DNA from: Oligoflexales bacterium
GTDB lineage: Bacteria; Bdellovibrionota_B; Oligoflexia; Oligoflexales; CAIYRB01
Reading direction: 5' to 3'
Assembly: GCA_041736175.1 (NCBI GenBank)
Contig: JBGSUI010000203.1
Span: 1 to 45,203 of the forward strand
Length of the DNA stretch: 45,203 bases
A program made the position numbers and the translations under genes. The notes under the pieces were generated by a model. It saw only the letters and a program-made list of their open reading frames with translations. It did not search any database and had not been told where the DNA came from. Positions 36,602 to 45,203 of the stretch are shown here, piece by piece; position 1 is the stretch's first letter; the number at the start of each line of letters is the position of its first letter.

Positions 36602-39600
36602 ATGGTCTTAAAATCCATCGAAATACTACATGAAATAAGTTTAACGGATACCGTTCTGATCGCACGTGGTCGTCTGAGTCCGACTTCGTCTATTCAAATC
36701 ATAAAAACCGTAAACTCCACCTCACCTCTGGAGGAAGATTCTCTTGGGATCATTCAGGAAGCTGTACAAAAAATCCTCCACGAAGCTAAAATCCTCGCTA
36801 GACTTGAGGGCCAAGGTGCTCCTGCCATCCTAAGTGAGTCGACTCCCCAGCCCTTGATCCAAATGGAAGACTGGGGAGGACAATCCCTTGACCGGATCGA
36901 CCGCACCACCATCGATACGCTCCCCCAGCAGCTGGATATAGCCATCGGGATGGCTCAATCTCTCAGCAAAGTCCACGACAAGAGAGTGTTTCACCGAAAT
37001 CTATGTCCCGAACATTTTATAGCCAGCCCTGACCTTAAAGAAGTCCGTATCATTAGTTTTTCTAATGCCGTGATCTTAGGACAAAATAAATTTGCTAGCA
37101 ACGGCTCGCCCCTAAGCCACCTAGAACAACTCTATATGGCTCCAGAGATTTCGGGGAGAATGGATAGAACTCCCGATTTAAGGGCCGACCTCTACTCGCT
37201 GGGAGCCAGCCTTTTTGAACTATTCACCGGCCGTCCACCCTTTGAAAGCCTCGACTCCTTCACTCTGATCCATAGCCATATCGCCCTAAAACCCCCAACG
37301 ATTCGCGAAAAAAGACCAACCTATCCGCCTATCTTAAGCGATATCGTCGATCGACTCCTGGCTAAAACCCCCGAAGAACGCTACCAGTCTGCAGCAGCGG
37401 TTTTTTTTGATCTCACTAAACTCAAAAACCTACTCCTGACCAATAAAGAATCTATATCTTTTAGACTTGGCGGGAGAGACCTTAAAGACCAGGTTCTGAC
37501 CAGCCACAAGTTGTTCGGCAGAGAAGCCCTTGAATCCGCCTTAAGTGCCGCCTGGGAACGGGTCAAAAACACCCAATGCGAAGTCCTTTGGATCGTCGGT
37601 CCCTCGGGCATCGGAAAATCAAGCATCGTCCTAGATTTTATCAAACGCTTAGACGTCACCAAGACCTATATTGGAACAGGCAAATTTCAGCAGTTTCACG
37701 ACGAGTTCACCTCGAACAGCTTGTACCGCAGTTTAGGTAAAATCATCGACCAGATCCTTATGGAAGGGAGCGAAAGTCTCAGCCTTTGGAAACAGATTTT
37801 TTTCGATGCCGTGAGCCCCCATGGCCAACTCCTGATCGAGATCCTTCCAGCCATCCGCCATATCCTAGGTGCCCAACCAGCACCCAGCACCCTCCCTGAA
37901 GCAGATGCCGCTGAAAGATTTCGCTTCGTGCTCCAAGCTTTCACAGAAGCCCTAGGAAAAAGGGAAAATCCTCTTGTGATCTTTCTCGACGACCTCCAAT
38001 GGATCGATCAGGAATCCACAAAACTCTTAGAAACCATCATCCAGGGGTTTCAAGACCAGAAAGTTCTCTTTATTGGATCCTACCGAGGTGATCATCATGG
38101 CCCGGAATCCGAAAAATTCGAGACCACTCATCCCCTAATCCCCTTTCATAGCTTTCTTAACGCCCAAAAAATCCCCCAATCAACCCATATACTCGGTCCG
38201 CTCTCCCTCCAAGATCTGCAGCATCTCCTTTGCCAGACTTTTCCACCGCGGCACGATCGTGACCTAAATAGACTCAACACCATCGCCGACATAAGCTACC
38301 GCAGAACCCTAGGCAACCCCCTTTTCGTCAAACAGCAGATCCTCGCCTTTGTGGAAGCCGACTTGTTTTGGAGCGACCTCGACGAACTCCAATGGACCAA
38401 CCAACTAAACCTCGCCAATGCCACCAACCTCGCCGACAATATCGTGGAATATATCCTACAAAAAATCGATAAATTGAACGCCAATACCCTGACGGTCCTG
38501 CAATATGCGTCCCTCCTCGGCAGTGAGTTTTCCCTCAGTGATCTAGCCCTAGCGACTTCCCAATTCTACCCTCCCCTACTCCACGCACTCGAAGAGGCAG
38601 TCGCCTGCGACTTAGTCACCTACCAAAACTCCGAGGATCAAACCCAAAGTCTTCCTACCAAACCCTTGGTAACCTGTGTCTTTAACCACGACCGCATCCA
38701 CCAGGCGATCTACCTCAGTATTCCCATCGCTGAACGCCCCCATCTTCACCTTGCTATCGGCCAACGCATGGCAGCTACGATCGGGAACGGCCAAGACTTT
38801 CCAGAGCCCTTGAAACACCCACTCCTTATGGCTGCCCTCGGTCACTTTCGCCGCGCAGAAACTCTGCTTACGGAGCCCGCACAAAAACACCAGATCGCCC
38901 GCTACTGCCTTTTAGCCATGAAAAAAGCGAAATTATCAGCCGCGTCAAAAACCGCTATGGAATACGCTGAATTTGGACTCCGACTCCTTGGAGCGGAGGG
39001 GTGGTCTAAAGACTACCAACTCACCTTTGACCTCGCTGATGGCCTACATGATGTAGCCTCCCTATGCGGTCGATTTGACCTTATGGATCAGGTCTTTATC
39101 AACCTTAACGATCATGCCAAAACACTCCCTGAACTAGCCCATGCTTATGAAACAAAAATCAAGTTACTGATTGCTCAGAGGTTTCACCGAAAAGCGATTT
39201 TGCTGGCACTTGGATATTCTAAAAAGCTCGGAGTGACTGTGAACCCCAATCCCACCTTGATCACGGTGGTGGTCCAACTCCTGTTAGCCCGCATCAGTGG
39301 CCTTGGTGGTCGACTCAACAAAATTATGACAATGCCTCCCTGCGAAGACACCAAAATCAAGGCGGTCCACAGGGTCCTAGGGTCCGTGTTTATGGCGGCT
39401 TATTTTGATGATTCTTTGCTCTGTGCATTGATCACCGTGAAAATCGTCCGCCTATCCCTTAAATATGGAAACGACACATTTTCGCCACAGTCCTATTGCC
39501 AATATGGCGTCATCCTTTCCAGCTACCTCAATAACTCTCAAGACGGATTAAAATTAGGCGAGATAGCCCTCAAGTTGGTTTCACAAGAGTCCTTTCAAGA

Positions 39601-41944
39601 ATCAAAAGACCAGGTTGAATTTTTCTACCATGGAATGGTACGCCATTGGCGCACTCCCCTACGCCAATGTTTAGAGCCCATAAAGACTGCCGGCCAAAAT
39701 ATGCTTGAAAATGGCAAGACCCTAGAGGGTCATCTGGCTTTGGCTCTCCACTCTGATTGTTGTTTTGTCTTGGGAGAACCACTTCCAAAACTCCTCCAAG
39801 AGATGGAGACTCAGCTTAAACTCGCTCAGAGACACCGCAACTTTATTGTCGAGCGCCTATACCTACTTCATATCCAGTTTGTTCTTAATCTCATGGGTCG
39901 GGGACATCAATGCGATGTTTATCGAGGACCGGCTATCAATAGCCTAGAAGCTTTTCCTCTCTATAGAAACGAAAATGACAAACTCTCCCTGTGCACCTTG
40001 ACTATATTAGAGGGCTTTAACCAAATCATTTTTCAAAACTATCACGAGGCATATAAAAACCTGACCGCTCTTGCCCCCTATACGCGACCTCTGGCCGGTC
40101 TCTATGTCCGCATCTCCTATTTTTACATCCTCACCTTAGCGACCTTAGGAGTCGGAGCAAAAGCATCCCAACGAGATCGAGGTAGGTATTTAGCCGAGGC
40201 ACGAGGCTATATAAAGATTATCAGATCAGCTGCTCGGGAATGCCCCCAAAATTATAACTTCTACTATGAACTCTGTGCTGCTGAATGGTATCGTCTGAAG
40301 GGCAACTTTAAAAAAACGACTTACTATTTTAAAATGGCTATCCGCAGCTGCGCTCAGGAGAAAGTAGGTTTCTTAGAAGCACTTTCCAATGAATATTTCG
40401 CAAGATTTTGGGATGAACTGGGAGACAAAGTCGCCGCGAAATCCTATTTCGACAGAGCCCGCAGCCTTTACAATTCCTGGGGAGCAACGGAAAAAATGCG
40501 GCATCTTTCCTATCCTGAAGAAACGGCCTTGGATACCACTCTCCCCACCAAATCCGCGAGCCCCCAGCAAGAGCTAATCCTCAAAAAACCGACTCTCCTA
40601 GGAATCCAGCTCGACGCCCTCGCACTGATCCAAGCCTCCCAATCTCTGTCCAGTCAGATCCAACTGGGTGACCTGCTCAAAAAACTCCTCCATCTGGCCC
40701 TATCTCATTCTGGGTCAACCCAAGGATTTTTGGCCCTCGCCCAAGGAGACGAACTCATCGTCAAAATGATGGGCAAGAGTTTTCCAGCGGAGGAAATTAT
40801 CGAGACTAACTTATCGATCGAGGACTATCCCTCTGTTTCTATGCGGATCGTACAAAAGGTGGTTCGAAGTAAAAAAACTCTCGTCTTGGGTGACGCTTAT
40901 CTCAGTGGGGGATTCACCTCTGATCCCTATATTAAATCCCAGTCGGTTCGGTCGCTCTTGTGCCTTCCTATTTTAAATAAAGGGGATTTAGTTGCTCTCC
41001 TCTGGATTGAAAACATCTCCCTTCCAGATGTCTTTACACCAGAAGTATTAACATTTATCAACATCTTGGTGGCACAGGGTGCAATCTCCATCAAAAATGC
41101 AGAATATCTGCTTAGTCTCACCGAAAAAGCATGCCTTGAAGACAACGTGTCCGCAGCCCAGGCAGTCCAAAACTCACTCCTACCGCTCAACAATCCACCC
41201 CCTGAGGTCTCCATATCCATGTACTATAAAGCTGCTGAACAGATAGGAGGAGACTGGGCGAGCTATGAATATGACCCGCTAAGGGGTAGGATCTACCTCT
41301 GTATAGGTGATGTCACGGGGCATGGGATTCCATCGGCCCTTTTAACGGCGGCTGCTGCGGGCGCTGTAAAGTCGATCCTTTGGGACCTCCTCAATCAGAC
41401 CTCGGATGTTTCTATGGAGCATAGCCTCGAATCCATCGCACATTCTGTCAATAGGACCGTTCGTGATATAGGACAACCAGTCGGACGTAGTATGACCATG
41501 GTTTTTGTGGCCCTTGATTTGCAAACTGGTGCAGGGGCCTTTTTAAATGCGGGACACCTTCCCATAGTTCACTTATCAGCTGGCCGTTCGTCGAGTCTTG
41601 CAGCTCCTGGTGTCTTGCTCGGATTCGAAGAAAACCCAGAATTTTGTGCCCTCCCCTTTAAAATGTCCCTTGGGGACCGACTCTTTTTGTATACAGATGG
41701 ACTCACCGAAAATCGCGACCTTTATGGGAAGGGCCTGCGTTTTTTAGAACTCCGAAAAATCCTCCAAAAACATCCTCAACCCAGCGATGCCAGCGAAAAA
41801 ATTTGCAAAAGAATTCAGGAAATCTGGGCCGATAAAGTTCCAGAGGACGACTGCTCTTTTATGATCTTGCGCTGGAACCACCCCCACTCAGAGATTTCCC
41901 ACGTGACTGAACTCGTCAAGACGTTAGATTGGGAGGCAGGATGA
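36602..41944 (+). CDS. Multidomain signalling protein: degenerate Ser/Thr kinase, AAA/STAND ATPase, helical repeats, GAF, PP2C/SpoIIE phosphatase
   Basis: YMAPE/DLYSLG kinase remnants; GPSGIGKS; FLDDLQWID; GNPLF; FNHDRIHQA; GAF 'SVRSLLCLPIL'; PP2C 'GGDW', 'GDVTGHG', 'YTDGLTE' and 'EDD'. Confidence 0.9.
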   Translation: MVLKSIEILHEISLTDTVLIARGRLSPTSSIQIIKTVNSTSPLEEDSLGIIQEAVQKILHEAKILARLEGQGAPAILSESTPQPLIQMEDWGGQSLDRIDRTTIDTLPQQLDIAIGMAQSLSKVHDKRVFHRNLCPEHFIASPDLKEVRIISFSNAVILGQNKFASNGSPLSHLEQLYMAPEISGRMDRTPDLRADLYSLGASLFELFTGRPPFESLDSFTLIHSHIALKPPTIREKRPTYPPILSDIVDRLLAKTPEERYQSAAAVFFDLTKLKNLLLTNKESISFRLGGRDLKDQVLTSHKLFGREALESALSAAWERVKNTQCEVLWIVGPSGIGKSSIVLDFIKRLDVTKTYIGTGKFQQFHDEFTSNSLYRSLGKIIDQILMEGSESLSLWKQIFFDAVSPHGQLLIEILPAIRHILGAQPAPSTLPEADAAERFRFVLQAFTEALGKRENPLVIFLDDLQWIDQESTKLLETIIQGFQDQKVLFIGSYRGDHHGPESEKFETTHPLIPFHSFLNAQKIPQSTHILGPLSLQDLQHLLCQTFPPRHDRDLNRLNTIADISYRRTLGNPLFVKQQILAFVEADLFWSDLDELQWTNQLNLANATNLADNIVEYILQKIDKLNANTLTVLQYASLLGSEFSLSDLALATSQFYPPLLHALEEAVACDLVTYQNSEDQTQSLPTKPLVTCVFNHDRIHQAIYLSIPIAERPHLHLAIGQRMAATIGNGQDFPEPLKHPLLMAALGHFRRAETLLTEPAQKHQIARYCLLAMKKAKLSAASKTAMEYAEFGLRLLGAEGWSKDYQLTFDLADGLHDVASLCGRFDLMDQVFINLNDHAKTLPELAHAYETKIKLLIAQRFHRKAILLALGYSKKLGVTVNPNPTLITVVVQLLLARISGLGGRLNKIMTMPPCEDTKIKAVHRVLGSVFMAAYFDDSLLCALITVKIVRLSLKYGNDTFSPQSYCQYGVILSSYLNNSQDGLKLGEIALKLVSQESFQESKDQVEFFYHGMVRHWRTPLRQCLEPIKTAGQNMLENGKTLEGHLALALHSDCCFVLGEPLPKLLQEMETQLKLAQRHRNFIVERLYLLHIQFVLNLMGRGHQCDVYRGPAINSLEAFPLYRNENDKLSLCTLTILEGFNQIIFQNYHEAYKNLTALAPYTRPLAGLYVRISYFYILTLATLGVGAKASQRDRGRYLAEARGYIKIIRSAARECPQNYNFYYELCAAEWYRLKGNFKKTTYYFKMAIRSCAQEKVGFLEALSNEYFARFWDELGDKVAAKSYFDRARSLYNSWGATEKMRHLSYPEETALDTTLPTKSASPQQELILKKPTLLGIQLDALALIQASQSLSSQIQLGDLLKKLLHLALSHSGSTQGFLALAQGDELIVKMMGKSFPAEEIIETNLSIEDYPSVSMRIVQKVVRSKKTLVLGDAYLSGGFTSDPYIKSQSVRSLLCLPILNKGDLVALLWIENISLPDVFTPEVLTFINILVAQGAISIKNAEYLLSLTEKACLEDNVSAAQAVQNSLLPLNNPPPEVSISMYYKAAEQIGGDWASYEYDPLRGRIYLCIGDVTGHGIPSALLTAAAAGAVKSILWDLLNQTSDVSMEHSLESIAHSVNRTVRDIGQPVGRSMTMVFVALDLQTGAGAFLNAGHLPIVHLSAGRSSSLAAPGVLLGFEENPEFCALPFKMSLGDRLFLYTDGLTENRDLYGKGLRFLELRKILQKHPQPSDASEKICKRIQEIWADKVPEDDCSFMILRWNHPHSEISHVTELVKTLDWEAG

Positions 41945-44900
41945 CCCTAGAAACCTTCCAGGACCTAAAATCCTTGAGTGAAATCGACCGAAATTTGGTC
42001 TTGCCAGGGGGAAAATCCCTTGACCGGCTCGATCGCTCTAGCATCAATGAGCTCCCGCTTCAGTTAGACTTGGCCATCGCCATGACCCAAGCTTTGGTAA
42101 AGATCCACGAAAAAAAGGTGTTCCATCGCAATCTATGTCCACAACATTTTATCTTCAGTACGGACCTTAAAGAGGCCCACGTGATTGGCTTTGGTCATGC
42201 AGTGGTCCTCAATAATCAAAAAATAGTTCATAAAATGCCTTCGCTCACCGACCTACAACAACTCTATATGGCTCCCGAACTTTCGGGGAGGATGGATAAA
42301 ACCCCGGACCTTAGGGCTGATCTCTACTCTCTAGGAGCCACACTCTTCGGGCTCTTCACCGGGTATCCTCCCTTTGAAAACAACGACTCCCTCACTCTGA
42401 TCCATAGCCATATCGCCAGAAAGCCTCCTACGATCCTCGAAAAAAGTCCCACCTCTCCCCCGATACTGAGCGATATCATCGACAAACTCCTCGCTAAAAC
42501 CCCCGAAGAACGCTACCAGACTGCAACAGCCCTCTTGTTTGACCTCCATAAACTCCGAAGCCTTCTCCAAACTCCAAAAAGTATTGTGTCGTTTAGACTC
42601 GGTGCCAAAGACCTTAAAAACCAGGTCCTAAATAGCACCAAGCTGTATGGTAGGAAAATCCTTGAATCAACATTAAGAGCCACATGGGAACGGGTCAAAA
42701 CCACCCAGTGCGAAGTCCTTTGGATCGTCGGTCCTTCAGGAATTGGCAAATCAAGCATTGTCAGAGATTTTATCAAAAACTTAGACGTGACCCAAACTTA
42801 TATCGGGACTGGCAAATTTCAACAGTTTCACGAGGAGTCCACCTCGACAAGCTTGTACCGCACTTTGGGTAAAATCATCGACCAAATCCTGACAGAAAGC
42901 AACGAAAGCCTTATTCTTTGGAAGCAGATTTTTCTTGATGCTGTCAGCCCCCATGGCCAACTCTTGATCGAAATCATTCCTGACATCCACCTCATCCTTG
43001 GCGACCAACAAGCGCTCACGGTCGTACCTGAAGCAGACGCTGAGGAAAGATCTCGTTATGTCCTCCAAGCTTTCACCCAATCCCTAGGAAAAAGAGAAAA
43101 CCCCCTCGTGATCTTTCTTGACGATCTTCACTGGATCGACCAAGAATCAACAAAACTCCTAGAATCCATCCTCCAAGGGTTTAAAGAACAGCAAATTCTT
43201 TTTATTGGGTCCTTCCGCGGCGAGAGTCAAGGCCCGGAAACTGTAGAACCCGGGATCATCCATCCACTCATACCCTTCCAAAACTTTCTTAATACCCAAA
43301 AAATCCCCCAAGCCACCCACTTTTTAGGCCCCCTCTCCCCTCAAGATCTAAAGGACCTCCTCTACCAGACGCTTTCACCTCGTCATGAACAGGACTCCAA
43401 AAGACTCAATATCATCGCGGAAATCATCTACCGCAGGACCCTGGGAAACCCCCTCTTTGTCAAAGAGCAGATTCTTACCTTTGCGGAAGCCGACCTTTTT
43501 TGGAGCGACCTTGACGATATCCAATGGACCAACCAGCTCAACCATACCAACGCTACAAATTTCGCCGACAACATCGTGGATTATATCCTACAAAAAATCG
43601 ACAAATTGGAAGATTCAACCCTCGTTATCCTCCAATATGCGTCCCTTTTAGGTGGTGAATTTTCCTTAAACGACCTCGTCATTGCCACCTCTTCGCTAGA
43701 ACAAGAAGCGGGAACATCTAGCCAAAAATACAGCTTATTACTTAATGCCTTAGAAGAAGCCATGGCCTCTGACTTGGTGAGCTGCCAAGATGCAGGCGAT
43801 CAAACTCAAATACAGCAGACCAAACACTCCATCAACTACGTATTCAACCACGACCGCATCCACCAGGCGATCCACCTGAGCATTCCAGTCGCCCAGCTCC
43901 CCCAGCTCCACCTTGCAATCGCAGAGCGAATGGCTGCTACAATCGATTTTAAGTCGGACTCCCCTGATTTCCTAGACTCTCAGGTTTCAAGCCACCTCCT
44001 TATGCCGATGCTTGGTCACTATCGTCGAGCAGAACAGCTCGTCTCGGATCCAAAATCTAAACACCAGATCGCGCAATTCTGCCTTTTGGCGATGAATAAA
44101 TCTAAAGCAGCAGCAAACTCAATGACTGCAATGCACTATGCTGATTTCGGACTACGCCTCCTAGGTGACACAGGCTGGTCCAAAGACTACCAACTCACCT
44201 TCCAACTCGCTGATGGTCTCCATGGGATGGCTTCCCTATGTGGACGAGTGGACGTCATGGACCAGGCGTTTATGACTCTCACACAGAAGGTCAAAACACT
44301 CCCTGAACTTGCCCATGCCTATGAAACAAAAATTAAGTGGATGGTCTCCCATGGAGAGTACAAACCAGCAATCATTTTTGGTCTTGAGTATGTCAAGCGC
44401 CTCGGTGTCTCGATTCCCATGCAGCCTACAAAAATGGGCGTAGCTTTTCAAGTCGGGATGGCTCAGCTTGGATGGCTGGGTAAGCAAACAGAAAATATTT
44501 TAAATCTACCCCACTGTACTATTCCCCGCATCAAGGCAGTTCACCGCGTCTTAAGCGTCATAGGTCCTGTAGCTTATCTCGAAAATGCATATCTTTTTGC
44601 GATTATTTGCCTGAAGGTTGTGCGCCTTTCCTTTAAATATGGCAATGACCGCTTTTCTCCCATAGCCTATTGCCTCTATAGTATCGTCCTCATTAGCCAT
44701 TTTAAAAGATATCGAGAGGCTTTAGCCCTCGGCTCGATTAGCATGGAATTGGTCTCCCAACCCTATTTTGGCATATCCAAATATTTAACTGAATTTTACT
44801 ATTATGGAATGATTCATTACTTCAAAAAGCCACTCAAATCCTACAATCAAATATTAAACTCCATCGGGGAGAATCTGTGCCAAAGGGGTAGCTTTATTGA

Positions 44901-45180
44901 GGGACACTTAGCCCTAGCTCTTTACGATAATTACCGCTTTGTATTGGGAGATCCTCTGTTGGAACTTGCGGAACTCGAGGAGCGTCATCTGATACGTGCT
45001 AAACAACAAAATCACCAGCCAGCGATCAAGATTCACCTCATTCAGTTACAAACAATTTTTAACCTTAGGAGGTGTGTAAAAATTACTTGGACAAGTTCAC
45101 AAAATATGTATTGGCCGCGTAAGCAAACTATGGCACTATTTGGGCATGAGTTCAAACAATTGTTCAAAAGAATGGATTGA
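41941..45180 (+). pseudogene. Tandem paralogue of the upstream kinase-ATPase protein, C-terminally interrupted
   Basis: ATGA overlap; colinear with the upstream paralogue until 'IFNL' (about 45068), then unrelated sequence and an early stop; GAF/output domain absent. Confidence 0.75.
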
Positions 45181-45203
45181 CCTGCTGGCTCTCATGGATG
45201 AGT
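45069..45203 (+). mobile_element. Probable IS left end (ISAzo13-like), running off the window
   Basis: Homology break at TAG|GAGGTGTGTAAAAATTAC; a new ORF from the ATG at 45146 (MSSNNCSKEWIDLLALMDE...) stays open to the window end. Confidence 0.4.

Noticed and set aside
1480..44487. Many short ORFs antisense to or nested within long genes (e.g. 28781..29323, 33631..34038, 10691..11029)
   Set aside because: They are shadow frames of well-supported genes, with no motifs or RBS support.
1..45203. CRISPR array or rRNA
   Set aside because: No regularly spaced repeats and no rRNA-like sequence seen.

Overview
Bacterial chromosomal window, probably from a Bdellovibrionota/Oligoflexia-like or other deltaproteobacteria-like organism. 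This is an inference from the gene repertoire and recurrent sigma28-type promoter motifs; no search was run, and all family names come from motif recognition. Housekeeping core: a Ser/Thr kinase with a kinase-less PEGA paralogue, tmk-holB-ricT, tRNA-Pro(GGG) and tRNA-Pro(CGG), an MMPL/RND transporter, a MaoC dehydratase plus FabG4-type reductase, an LTA-synthase/sulfatase-family protein and a stand-alone dnaE2. Accessory content: five toxin-antitoxin-type modules (HigBA-like, MazEF-like, RES-Xre, a decayed DUF6516/wHTH pair and MNT-HEPN) and several deletion or insertion remnants (TolC::MacB, DUF1016, an AAA ATPase, an IS66-like ORF, a DUF2335-like gene with a nonsense codon). The window ends with two tandem giant pseudokinase-ATPase signalling genes, the second cut by a probable IS at the window edge. 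The strongest candidate for an uncharacterised system is a divergent six-gene cluster at 14.2-21.1 kb. It encodes four exported mono-heme c-type (CxxCH) proteins, a lipoprotein and a twin-arginine-exported protein, which suggests an envelope or cell-surface redox/enzyme complex.
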